A DNA stretch of 22,254 bases from Pseudobdellovibrionaceae bacterium (lineage in GTDB: Bacteria > Bdellovibrionota > Bdellovibrionia > Bdellovibrionales > Bdellovibrionaceae), in contig JBGGMM010000170.1 of the NCBI GenBank assembly GCA_041288045.1, positions 1 through 22,254 of the forward strand. The letters are read 5' to 3'. Below are positions 13,689 to 22,254 of this stretch, piece after piece. The position numbers were made by a program, and so were the translations under genes. The notes beneath the pieces were generated by a model. It saw only the letters and a program-made list of their open reading frames with translations. It ran no database searches and was not told the origin of the DNA. Each line of letters starts with the position of its first letter. Position 1 is the stretch's first letter.

Positions 13689-16136
13689 TTATCTCACGGA
13701 AATTTGAAATTTGGCCTTCAAATGCTGCAAGACCTTGTCAATAGACTCATTGACCGGCTGATCACGCAGCGTGTCTTTCTTGTCTTGGTAAATCAATCGA
13801 AAGGCCACTGACTTCTGCCCCGGCTCCAATTTATCCCCTTCATAGACATCAAACACATCAAGACCCACCAATAAAGGCCCGGCCACCGACTGGATTTCTT
13901 TTGAGACTTCTCCCACTTTCACAGGCCTTGCCATGAGCAAAGCCAAATCCCTTTGAATGGATGGAAATCGCGACAGACTTTCCACTCGCTTCAACCGCGG
14001 CTGCCCTTTCAAAAGTGAATCCAAATCCAATTCTGAAAGCGCCACCGGCACTCGAATTTTCCCCTCTTCCAAAAGCAGAGGATGAAGAGCCCCGATAAAT
14101 CCGACTTTTTTTCCTTCGACCATCAAATGCGCCGCTTGCCCGCGGTGAAGAAAATCAGGAATCTCACCTTTGTTGGAAACCGGAACCCACTGATAACTGG
14201 AAATGTGAAATTTCTGAAGAAGAGCTTCGACAGCCGCTTTCAATTCAAACACCAAAGAGTGTTGCGGTTCTTTCTGCCAAAGGCCCTGGACATATCCCCA
14301 AGCCGAAAGCCCCAGTCGCCAGCTTTCCTGATATTTTTCAGGAGCTTCGTAATGAAAGACTTTGCCAATTTCAAAAAGCCGTCCCAGTTCATTCCCCTGA
14401 TGAAAATTAGCGAGCAAATTTCGATAAAGTCCATAGGACAAAGTCTGCCTCAAAGCATCTTGCTCTTCATTGAGCGGATTTAAAACTTTCACTGGCATTT
14501 CCGTCGTCTTCAATCCAGCCGCATTGAGAGTCTGAATGCTTTTTAAAAATTGAGCTTGGGCTTTCGTGCCAACAAAAATCAAATGCGAAGCTTGCGAAAA
14601 TCCCTGCGCTCGCAAAACCTCAAGGCTCTGTCTGTGCAAAAGATAATTGCTATCATGAGCTGTCGGAGTCAGAGCCAAAAGCGGCATGGTCTCTGGAATC
14701 TGATCATAGCCATTGAGCCTTGCGTACTCTTCCACCAGATCCATATCCATCTCAAGATCAAAGCGATAACTGGGTGGAAGAATCTGATACTCTTGCTCAG
14801 GCTGCAGAGTCTCCACCACACAGCCCAATCGCTGCATGAAATTTTCAAATTTACGACTGTCAGCTGAATAACCCAACCGGTCGGTGATGGTTTGCACTTT
14901 CAATCGAACCGGAGCTTTTTTCTGAGGAGTTGGGTAAATATCATGAGGATTTGAAAAAGCCTCCCCGCCAGCCACTTTCAAAATCAATTCCGTCGCTCGG
15001 TTCAAGGCCACCATTGTGCCTTCAGGATCCACACCCCGAGCAAAGCGATAACCCGAATCCGTATTCAAGCCGTGACTGCGAAGAGATTTTCGCGCTGATA
15101 CTGGCGCAAAGTAAGCCGATTCCAAAAAGATTTCCTGAGTGCTCTCAGTCACACCGGAATTTTTTCCACCGATCACACCAGCGATACAAACACTGCGCTC
15201 GGAATCTTTGATCATCAGCTCTTCACCAGTGAGAGTCAGCTCCGTGCCATCCAAAGTGGTGAACTTTTCTCCACTCTGAGATTTATCGACGATGATTTTC
15301 CGGCCCTTCAATTGAGAAGCATCAAAAGCATGCAGCGGCTGTCCGAGTTCCATCATCACATAATTGGTGCAATCAACGACGTTGTTAATCGAATTCAGCC
15401 CCACCATTTCCAATCGCTTGCTGAGCCACTCAGGACTGGGTCCCACCTTCACACCGCGAAAGTAGCGTCCCGTGTAGCGAGGGCAGAGCTCCAATGCTTT
15501 CACATCCAAGCCGATTTGCTCAGCAGTTGCAGCTGAATTCAATGCCGGCTCGGGTTGCGGCTTTTTCAGTTCGCGACTGAGAAGACAAGCCACTTCTCGC
15601 GCCAGTCCATAATGACTGAGACAATCCGCGCGATTGGCAGTGACTTTCAATTCAAAAGTCACATCATCATAGCCCTTGTACTCGGCAAAAGATTTTCCAA
15701 TGGGTGCATTCTCAGGAAGAATTTCAATCCCCTGGCTTTCGGTTGCGAGCCCCAGCTCTTTCAAAGAGCAGAGCATCCCACCCGATTCAACACCTCGAAC
15801 CACTGCTTTTTTTATTTCAAAATTTCCAGGCAGAATCGCACCCGGCAGTGCCACCACCACTCTGTCATTGGCTTTGTGATTTTGAGCTCCGCAGACGATT
15901 TGATGAACCACTCCCTCACCCGTTGTGACCCGGCAAAGTGAGAGCTTGTCCGCATTGGGATGCTTGTCCTTTTCAAGAATGAGTCCAGTGACAACGTTTT
16001 CAAAATCGCGGGCCTTGTTTTCAATGCTTTCCACTTCGAGTCCGGCCTTGGTCAGCACCTCTGCCAGCGCTTCTGGCTTTTGCAGGTACTCTTTGACGTC
16101 GACAAAATCATTCAACCATTTCAATGAAATTTTCAT
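13689..16136 (-). CDS. pheT: Phenylalanine--tRNA ligase beta subunit
   Basis: Motifs MKISLKWL, HPNADKL, IVCGA, SGGMLCSLKELG, NRADCLS, GQPLHAFD, DLVEEYARLNGYD and the FDX-ACB domain (SRFPSIQRDLA, KSVAFRL). Confidence 0.98.
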   Translation of the reverse strand: MKISLKWLNDFVDVKEYLQKPEALAEVLTKAGLEVESIENKARDFENVVTGLILEKDKHPNADKLSLCRVTTGEGVVHQIVCGAQNHKANDRVVVALPGAILPGNFEIKKAVVRGVESGGMLCSLKELGLATESQGIEILPENAPIGKSFAEYKGYDDVTFELKVTANRADCLSHYGLAREVACLLSRELKKPQPEPALNSAATAEQIGLDVKALELCPRYTGRYFRGVKVGPSPEWLSKRLEMVGLNSINNVVDCTNYVMMELGQPLHAFDASQLKGRKIIVDKSQSGEKFTTLDGTELTLTGEELMIKDSERSVCIAGVIGGKNSGVTESTQEIFLESAYFAPVSARKSLRSHGLNTDSGYRFARGVDPEGTMVALNRATELILKVAGGEAFSNPHDIYPTPQKKAPVRLKVQTITDRLGYSADSRKFENFMQRLGCVVETLQPEQEYQILPPSYRFDLEMDMDLVEEYARLNGYDQIPETMPLLALTPTAHDSNYLLHRQSLEVLRAQGFSQASHLIFVGTKAQAQFLKSIQTLNAAGLKTTEMPVKVLNPLNEEQDALRQTLSYGLYRNLLANFHQGNELGRLFEIGKVFHYEAPEKYQESWRLGLSAWGYVQGLWQKEPQHSLVFELKAAVEALLQKFHISSYQWVPVSNKGEIPDFLHRGQAAHLMVEGKKVGFIGALHPLLLEEGKIRVPVALSELDLDSLLKGQPRLKRVESLSRFPSIQRDLALLMARPVKVGEVSKEIQSVAGPLLVGLDVFDVYEGDKLEPGQKSVAFRLIYQDKKDTLRDQPVNESIDKVLQHLKAKFQISVR

Positions 16137-16156
16137 TTTGCAAAATCCTTCACTGC

Positions 16157-17194
16157 TTACTCAAATTGATTCAAGAAGCGAACGTCGTTTTCTGGAAAAA
16201 GGCGGATGTCTTCGATCCCGTATTTGATAATGGCCATGCGCTCAATTCCAAAGCCAAAAGCAAATCCCTGCCAGCGAGGGTATTCAACTCCGGTGTGGCC
16301 AAACACTCGCGGATTGATCAAACCGCAACCGCCAATTTCAATCCAGCCCGAATGCTTGCACATGCTGCAGCCCTTGCCTTTGCAAATCGGACAAGTGCAA
16401 TCGACTTCGGCCGAAGGCTCGGTGAAGGGGAAAAAGCTGGGACGAAAGCGAGTTTTCAATGCACTTCCAAAAAATTCTTTGACGAAAAAACTGATGGTGC
16501 CCTTGAGATCCGCCATGGAAACTTTTTCATCCACGCACATGCCTTCAATCTGATGAAAATGCGGCAAATGCGAAATATCACTGTCCACGCGAAAAACCGC
16601 CCCAGTACCAACAATTCGAAGCGGTGGTTTTTCAGCTTCCATGGAATGAATCTGAATGGGCGAAGTATGGGTTCGCAGCACATGCGTGGGATCAATGAAA
16701 AAAGTATCCTGCATATCCCGAGCTGGGTGATTGGGCGGGATATTCAAAGCTTCAAAATTATAAAAATCCTTTTCAATCAGGGGCCCCTGGCGGACCGAAT
16801 AGCCAATCCTTGCCATGATCGAAAAAATCTCATGGGTGACTTTGGCCACAGGATGCTCATGCCCCACAGGTCTTCGGAAAGCTGGCAAAGTGAGATCCAA
16901 TTCTTCAGAAGCCATTTTGGATTCCAGCTCTGCTTTTTTCAGACTGTGTTCCGCTTGCTCGTAGGCCGACTCCAAAGCCTGCTTCACTTCGTTGACGAGC
17001 TTGCCAAAAAGAGGCTTTTCTTCTTTGGAAAGAGTCGCCATTTCTTTCATGATTTCTGTGAGCAGACCATTTTTTCCCAAGAATTCGACTTTGACGTCGT
17101 AAAGGGATTTTGAAGACCCGGCAGACTTCATTTTCTCGAGTGCCGAAACTTTCAAGTTTTCCAGTTTTGATTGCGCGCTTTGAGATTGTGACAT
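16157..17194 (-). CDS. pheS: Phenylalanine--tRNA ligase alpha subunit
   Basis: Motifs [48 protein letters not shown] and a CxxC..CxxC insertion. Start taken at ATG 17194 because the upstream extension overlaps rsmG. Confidence 0.98.
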   Translation of the reverse strand: MSQSQSAQSKLENLKVSALEKMKSAGSSKSLYDVKVEFLGKNGLLTEIMKEMATLSKEEKPLFGKLVNEVKQALESAYEQAEHSLKKAELESKMASEELDLTLPAFRRPVGHEHPVAKVTHEIFSIMARIGYSVRQGPLIEKDFYNFEALNIPPNHPARDMQDTFFIDPTHVLRTHTSPIQIHSMEAEKPPLRIVGTGAVFRVDSDISHLPHFHQIEGMCVDEKVSMADLKGTISFFVKEFFGSALKTRFRPSFFPFTEPSAEVDCTCPICKGKGCSMCKHSGWIEIGGCGLINPRVFGHTGVEYPRWQGFAFGFGIERMAIIKYGIEDIRLFPENDVRFLNQFE

Positions 17195-17274
17195 AGAGTC
17201 CAGGTTATAATAAAATTCGAAGACTTGCGCACCCTTAAGGCATTGCATTAAAAGCAGAAACAAGAAGAATTGAA

Positions 17275-18081
17275 ATGGCCCATAAGAATAAAACCAATAT
17301 ATCCCCCTACAAAGCCAGACAGAAGGGCGCCCCTGCAAGCCCCGGGGAGCTCAAAGGCCGACACCGCAAGCCAGAGACCATTTTTTCTCTCGAAGAAGCC
17401 AATGACCGCCTGGCCGATATTTTCCGCAATCATGGTTTTAAAGGGGTCACTCACGAGCAAAGAAAACAGTTGGCCCAGTTTTACCGCCTGCTGATGGAAA
17501 ATCAGGAAAAAGAAAATTTCACCCGGCTTCTCAAAATCCGCGATGTGGCAATTCGACATTACATTGATTGCCTCGTGGTGGCAGAGCTCACCGAGCTTCA
17601 GTTCCCATTGATGGACGTTGGAACAGGCCCTGGCTTTCCCGGCATTCCACTGAAAATTCTTTATCCTAAGGAAAGAATCATTCTGGCTGAAGGAGTGCAA
17701 CGACGAGTGGAATTTTTAAAAAAAGTCCGCGAATCCATGCAGCTTGAAAATTTGGACATCATTGGACGCAACATCAACCCTTATTTTGCTTACCCAGTGA
17801 ACGGAGTGATCACTCGGGCCGTGGAAGATGTGCGCAACACACTGACCAATGTGCTCACTTGTTTGCAGCTGGGTGGCAAAGTCTATTTGATGAAGGGCCC
17901 CAATGTGGATCCTGAAATTGAAGTGGCGAAAAAAGAAATGAGTGAGTTTTACCAGCTTGAAAATGACATTGCCTACAGCTTGCCGGAAACCACTCATCAA
18001 CGCCGGCTTCTGGTCTATAAGAAAATCAAAATGGCGCCCCTGCCAGATTTTGATGAAGAACCCTGGCCCGAGGATGATTGA
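17275..18081 (+). CDS. rsmG: 16S rRNA m7G527 methyltransferase (RsmG/GidB family)
   Basis: Motifs [37 protein letters not shown] and YSLP...RRL. Confidence 0.9.
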   Translation: MAHKNKTNISPYKARQKGAPASPGELKGRHRKPETIFSLEEANDRLADIFRNHGFKGVTHEQRKQLAQFYRLLMENQEKENFTRLLKIRDVAIRHYIDCLVVAELTELQFPLMDVGTGPGFPGIPLKILYPKERIILAEGVQRRVEFLKKVRESMQLENLDIIGRNINPYFAYPVNGVITRAVEDVRNTLTNVLTCLQLGGKVYLMKGPNVDPEIEVAKKEMSEFYQLENDIAYSLPETTHQRRLLVYKKIKMAPLPDFDEEPWPEDD

Positions 18082-18083
18082 AA

Positions 18084-18824
18084 ATGCTTGAAATCTCTAG
18101 CGCCAGCAATTCTCTGTATAAAAGGCTTCTCAGCTTGACGGAGGCCAAGGGCCTAAAAAAAGAAAAAAGCTTTCTTCTTTCAGGCAAGAACCTGGTTCAA
18201 GAGCATTTGAAAAATCCAAAGCTCTCTTTGGAAAGCGAAATTTTCACTGAAGGTATGAAGCCTTCAACATCTGTCAAATTTCAAATCAAAATGAGCAAAG
18301 CTCTTTTTGAAACATTGGATGTCTTAGGCACGCACTCTCCCCTTTTGGTCCTCCAACAGCCAGAAATTCCTGAATGGGATTTTGAAAAAAAACATCAGGG
18401 CCTGCAGCTTCTTTTGCCAGTGGGAGATCCCGCCAATCTGGGAGCTGCCATTCGCAGTGCCGAAGCTTTCGGGGTTGAAAATGTTATTTTATTAAAGGAA
18501 TCCGCTCATCCTTTTTTACCAAAGGCCGTGAAAGCTTCTGCTGGCTCCATCACTCGGGTTTGCTTGTTTCGTGGCCCTTCCATTCAAGCTCTGAAGGATC
18601 CGGAAATTTTGGCTTTGGATTTAAAAGGAACAAATCTTTCAGATTTTCACTGGCCTGAAAACGGCTATCTTTTAGGCGGCGAAGAGGGAGCTGGTCTTCC
18701 GGCAGGTTCAAAATTTCGCCGACTTTCAATCCCGACAAATCAAGTGGAATCCCTCAATGCCACAGTGGCACTGAGCATTGCACTTTTTCATTACAGTCAG
18801 AGGCCGAAAAGAAAAAAGTCCTAA
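18084..18824 (+). CDS. TrmH/SpoU family RNA 2'-O-methyltransferase
   Basis: Motifs DPANLGAAIRSAEAFG, KAVKASAG, GGEEGAGL and IP..VESLNATVA. Start ATG 18084 or TTG 18078. Confidence 0.9.
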   Translation: MLEISSASNSLYKRLLSLTEAKGLKKEKSFLLSGKNLVQEHLKNPKLSLESEIFTEGMKPSTSVKFQIKMSKALFETLDVLGTHSPLLVLQQPEIPEWDFEKKHQGLQLLLPVGDPANLGAAIRSAEAFGVENVILLKESAHPFLPKAVKASAGSITRVCLFRGPSIQALKDPEILALDLKGTNLSDFHWPENGYLLGGEEGAGLPAGSKFRRLSIPTNQVESLNATVALSIALFHYSQRPKRKKS

Positions 18825-19709
18825 TCAGCAGGGAATCAGAACTTCCAAAGCTTTAGCTGAAGGCTCTTGCGTCCAAAGACTGAGAATATATCCCCCATCG
18901 CCAGAACCTGTGGGTTTGACAGCAAAAGCCCCTTGTTCATAGAGCCAGCGAATGTGTTCATCAGGGCTTAAACCCCATTTTTCAAAACACTGTCTGGCTA
19001 AATCCATGGACTCTTTCAAAAGAGGAAGCCCCTCTTTTTCGGATAATTTCAAAGCCTTTTCGGCCAGGTTCACAGCTTTTTGCATATCCTGATCAATTTT
19101 TTCTCCAAGATCGGGTTGAGCTTGAATCAAGTCTTTGACTTTGTTCACACATTGCAAAGTCACTCCGCGCTTTCCTGAATAGGAGACATACCATTTGGGT
19201 GTCCAATTCATCTCGATTTTCTGCCGATCGCCAGACCGCAAAAACCGAAGGCCTTCACCAGAAAGTGCAACAGCAATGTCAACTCCACTGCTCTCGCCAT
19301 GAAAGAGATTTTCAAGCTCTCTTGAAAAGTCATAAATTTCATTTTCTTTGATCAGACCCAAAGAATGAAACCAGCGGCCAATAGCCACACACAAAGCCGC
19401 CGAAGCCCCAAGGCCTGCGCCAATGGGAATGCTGCTTTTCAACTGCAACTGCCCATGCAAATCTTGGCGCTGAATCCCTGTTTGTTGACAAGCCTTTTCG
19501 AGCACACCCCACAGCAAAAGCTCAAGCTCACTTCCGTGCTCTCCTAATAGTTTCAGACTGAGAGGTTCATTGAAAGAGGGCTGAAAAGCGAGATCCAGGC
19601 AACGGGACTTGAGGGGAAAAACCAAAGCTGGCGAACCTCTTAAAACCGAATGTTCACCAGCTAAAATCCATTTTCCCGGGACACGAACCTGGAAATTTTC
19701 AAGTTTCAC
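18825..19709 (-). CDS. mvaK1: Mevalonate kinase
   Basis: Motifs PGKWILAGEHSVLRGSPAL, SIPIGAGLGASAA, FHGESSGVD and KPTGSGDGG. GTGA overlap with mvaD. Confidence 0.88.
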   Translation of the reverse strand: MKLENFQVRVPGKWILAGEHSVLRGSPALVFPLKSRCLDLAFQPSFNEPLSLKLLGEHGSELELLLWGVLEKACQQTGIQRQDLHGQLQLKSSIPIGAGLGASAALCVAIGRWFHSLGLIKENEIYDFSRELENLFHGESSGVDIAVALSGEGLRFLRSGDRQKIEMNWTPKWYVSYSGKRGVTLQCVNKVKDLIQAQPDLGEKIDQDMQKAVNLAEKALKLSEKEGLPLLKESMDLARQCFEKWGLSPDEHIRWLYEQGAFAVKPTGSGDGGYILSLWTQEPSAKALEVLIPC

Positions 19710-20704
19710 TTGAGCTCCCCAGAAGACAATGACGAGGAGAAAACTTTAAATTGAGAAGCAAATTTTTTCTCAAGTTTTTTTGACAAGTCTTTTTGATCGT
19801 CTCTGTAAAGAAGATGAATATTGGCTCCAGCGTCCATTGTGACAATTGGACCGTCAGCTTGTTCTTGCCAAAGATCCTGCAACACAGAAAGCACATTTCG
19901 GCTTTGCTCGGTCCTATAGGAAAAAGCAGGCTGACTGGTTTCAAAAAGCTCATGCATGTCTTGAAATTCGTCCCAGCAAATTTCAAAAGCTCTTCGCCAA
20001 GATTCGAGATTTTCATCTTCACTGCGAAGAGCTTGGATCAGGTTGGCAAGCCTTTCTTCAGCTCGTTCCGGGCGACCGGCAAAACGAGGGCTGCTGGTCA
20101 CCCGCCGATGGGCTTCGCTTGAAGACACAAGCTTTGCTTCGCTCTCAACCACAACCACCTGATGATGAAGAGACTGCATTGGAAATTCCAAAGGGCGAAC
20201 CCCGTTTCGAAACCACAGAGCCCAAGGTCCGAAAAATGAGCGGCATGAGCTTCCAGAGCCCTGCCTGGAAAGATCGGCCTTGTCCATTACTGAAAGTTCA
20301 ACTGCTTTTGCAGATCCCATTTTGGCAAACAACTCGGTTGCCGCCAAAGTCAAAGCTGCGAAACTAGAAGCCGAGCTCGCCAGACCACAGTCCGAAGGAA
20401 AGTTATTGGCAGACTGAATCAGGAAAAATCCCTGGATGCCAAACTGTGTTTTCAGATTTTCAAAATGCTGCAAAAACCTGGAAACAGATTTTTCACTGAG
20501 CGGCAAATCCAACAACCCCTCACCTTGAAGTGGCTGCCACTGATCTGCTTGCCAGTCAGATTGAAGAGTGATTTTGACAAAACTTCGCAAGGATTCCAAA
20601 GTCCAAGATAAAGAGCTGTTGGTCGGCTGATTTCCCTGGCCTTCCAATTTTCCCATGTATTTAATCAGTGCAATATTTGACGGAGCTGAAGTTGCTACAG
20701 TCAT
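19706..20704 (-). CDS. mvaD: Diphosphomevalonate decarboxylase
   Basis: Motifs APSNIALIKYMGK, NSSLSWTL, NNFPSDCGLASSAS, RQGSGSSCRS and TMDAGANIH. Start ATG 20704 overlaps the upstream stop (ATGA). Confidence 0.93.
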   Translation of the reverse strand: MTVATSAPSNIALIKYMGKLEGQGNQPTNSSLSWTLESLRSFVKITLQSDWQADQWQPLQGEGLLDLPLSEKSVSRFLQHFENLKTQFGIQGFFLIQSANNFPSDCGLASSASSFAALTLAATELFAKMGSAKAVELSVMDKADLSRQGSGSSCRSFFGPWALWFRNGVRPLEFPMQSLHHQVVVVESEAKLVSSSEAHRRVTSSPRFAGRPERAEERLANLIQALRSEDENLESWRRAFEICWDEFQDMHELFETSQPAFSYRTEQSRNVLSVLQDLWQEQADGPIVTMDAGANIHLLYRDDQKDLSKKLEKKFASQFKVFSSSLSSGELK

Positions 20705-21627
20705 AAAGTCAGTTCCGCCTCTCCGGTTCGAACATTCTGCACATGAAGGCTGCGGCTGATTTTCGATGTCTCTGCCATGATTTTCAAATTGGCGGATTGC
20801 AAAATCTGTTGCACAGCTGCCATATTTTCCCGCTTGCAGAGAAGAAAAATCACATCGGAACCCATTGCTCCGCAACCTTTGGCAAATAGAATTTCTGAAT
20901 GAGCCTCTAAGCTTTGAACTTTTTGATCCGTTTCAAGCAAAATCCGATTCTGTGCTTTTAATTCGGCTTTGTAATCCTGAAGTCCTTGAAGAAAGGTTTC
21001 AAAATGGACTTGCGAAAGACCTGTTTGAACTTTCTTCATCGCATTTTCAAAACCTGCCGTCGGGAACTGACCAAGATTTTTTAAATGCTCATGGGTAGCC
21101 AGTTTGCTCCCCGTGTGCACCACAAAAAAATCGATTTCGAAAAAAGGCCAGGAAAAAGTCTGCACTTTGCCGTTTCCACGGTCAAACCAAGTGAGTCCGC
21201 CGGCACAAGCCCCCACCACATCGGCTCCGCTGGGCGGAAAGCCAGAACCCTGATCTCCCAGCTCGCGGTAATCCTGAAGCATCAAATGCCAATCATAAAA
21301 TCTTTCAGCTTCGACAAAAACTTTATCTTTCAACTGCCAGAAGGAATGGAGCAAAGCGAATTGAGCACTGGAAGCCCCGAAACCGCCGACCTGGTAAGGA
21401 TCTGAAAATTTCAAATGGAACTGGGAAAAGAAATCCTTGTGCTTGTCCCAAAATTTTCCAGCTGGGCTGTCGGGGTGAAAAACATTGTCGGCATTGCCGC
21501 CATCCTTAAAAACTTCCATTTGAAAACGGGGATCTGTGGCCAGCATCAATGCCGGACCGCCAGTCAGAGCCAAATACTCTCCAGCCACAAAAGTTTTTCC
21601 ACCCACCGAAAGTTCGACGATTTTCAT
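20701..21627 (-). CDS. GHMP kinase, probable phosphomevalonate kinase (divergent)
   Basis: Motifs GKTFVAGEYLAL (GEY as in PMK), GFGASSA, PSGADV and KGCGAMGSD; lies inside the mevalonate operon. Confidence 0.75.
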   Translation of the reverse strand: MKIVELSVGGKTFVAGEYLALTGGPALMLATDPRFQMEVFKDGGNADNVFHPDSPAGKFWDKHKDFFSQFHLKFSDPYQVGGFGASSAQFALLHSFWQLKDKVFVEAERFYDWHLMLQDYRELGDQGSGFPPSGADVVGACAGGLTWFDRGNGKVQTFSWPFFEIDFFVVHTGSKLATHEHLKNLGQFPTAGFENAMKKVQTGLSQVHFETFLQGLQDYKAELKAQNRILLETDQKVQSLEAHSEILFAKGCGAMGSDVIFLLCKRENMAAVQQILQSANLKIMAETSKISRSLHVQNVRTGEAELTL

Positions 21628-21648
21628 AGAAGGACCTTTTTTAAAAAA

Positions 21649-22254
21649 TTAATGGGTTTGCTGAACCCGAGCCCGCAGGTCTCGCAAGACTTCAATTGCA
21701 TTGCTGAGGGAAATTCTCTTTTTCAAAGCCAAAATCTCTTCGAGCTTCTTGTGAACAAATGGAATTTCTTCTTCATCAGCGCCTGCTGCCAATGTGAGAT
21801 TTTTAATATGAAGCTTCATATGCCCTTCAATAATCCCAACAGTGGTCAGAGCCTTCAAAGCCCCCAGGTTCTGAACCAAGCCGACAGAAGCAATCACTTT
21901 GGAAAGTTCACCAGCAGATTCCACTTTCAGCATGCGAAGACACATGGAAGCTGTTGGATGCAAAGTGGTCACGCCACCGACAGTGCCCACAATAATCGGA
22001 GCCCGCAAAGTTCCCACCAAAAATCGCCCGTCTCTTTTCCATTCCGTGATGGAACGGTACTGGCCATCACGAGTTGCGTAAGCATGAACTCCGGCTTCGA
22101 CGGCTCTCCAGTCATTGCCAGTGGCAATCAAAATAGGATCCATGCCGTTGAGAACGCCCTTGTTGTTGGTTGCAGCCCGGTAAGGATCCTGCTGCGCAAA
22201 TAAAGAGGCCTCTTCGATTTTTTCCGCCAGCTCCGGCTCAATTTTTTCAATAAC
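21649..22254 (-). CDS. mvaA: Class II HMG-CoA reductase (5' part outside window)
   Basis: Frame is open to the window end: ...DPYRAATNNKGVLNGMDPILIATGNDWRAVEAG, GTVGG, GLVQNLGAL and GIIEGHMKLH. Confidence 0.93.
   Translation of the reverse strand, partial: VIEKIEPELAEKIEEASLFAQQDPYRAATNNKGVLNGMDPILIATGNDWRAVEAGVHAYATRDGQYRSITEWKRDGRFLVGTLRAPIIVGTVGGVTTLHPTASMCLRMLKVESAGELSKVIASVGLVQNLGALKALTTVGIIEGHMKLHIKNLTLAAGADEEEIPFVHKKLEEILALKKRISLSNAIEVLRDLRARVQQTH

Noticed and set aside
16124..17113. 329-aa + strand ORF
   Set aside because: Antisense shadow of pheS with no recognisable motifs.
17195..17338. 48-aa N-terminal extension of PheS in the ORF track (likewise the extensions of MvaD, IhfA, LOG, LysM and the receiver)
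   Set aside because: These overlap neighbouring genes or promoters and lack family similarity; downstream starts fit better.
21415..22203. 262-aa + strand ORF
   Set aside because: Antisense to HMG-CoA reductase and the kinase start; no motif support.
1..22254. CRISPR array, rRNA, prophage or defence system
   Set aside because: No regularly spaced repeats, rRNA-like tracts, or phage/defence protein motifs were seen.

Overview
This window looks like chromosome from a Bdellovibrio-like (Bdellovibrionota/Oligoflexia) bacterium. That is inferred from gene content: a TIGR02147/DUF4423-type HTH protein, a FecR-domain protein, pilin-like proteins, a mevalonate operon and sigma28-like promoters. Left to right it holds: the 3' end of an IS1-like transposase; a LysM + HD-GYP pair; a histidine phosphatase / LOG / apt / nucleosidase purine-salvage cluster; a stand-alone response regulator; truC with a small lipoprotein; a FecR-domain protein with a predicted C-terminal beta-barrel; an HTH regulator; a Pro-rich secreted protein; and two tandem pilin-like paralogs. 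These paralogs abut the 3' end of tRNA-Pro(GGG) of the conserved pheS-pheT-ihfA-merR-tRNA-Pro block, followed by rsmG, a TrmH methylase and the mevalonate operon (HMG-CoA reductase runs off the right edge). The most interesting candidate is the pilin-like pair. Each ends in a three-fold W-C-G-aromatic-DDx[DE]-HxxxE-C repeat domain resembling the ApeC/apextrin DxED repeats. The pair sits behind a recurring promoter architecture: a GTCTCA-N3-TGAGA palindrome plus a sigma28-like (G/T)CCGATAA box only 7-8 nt before an SD-less ATG, implying leaderless mRNA. All family assignments come from motif recognition, not database searches.
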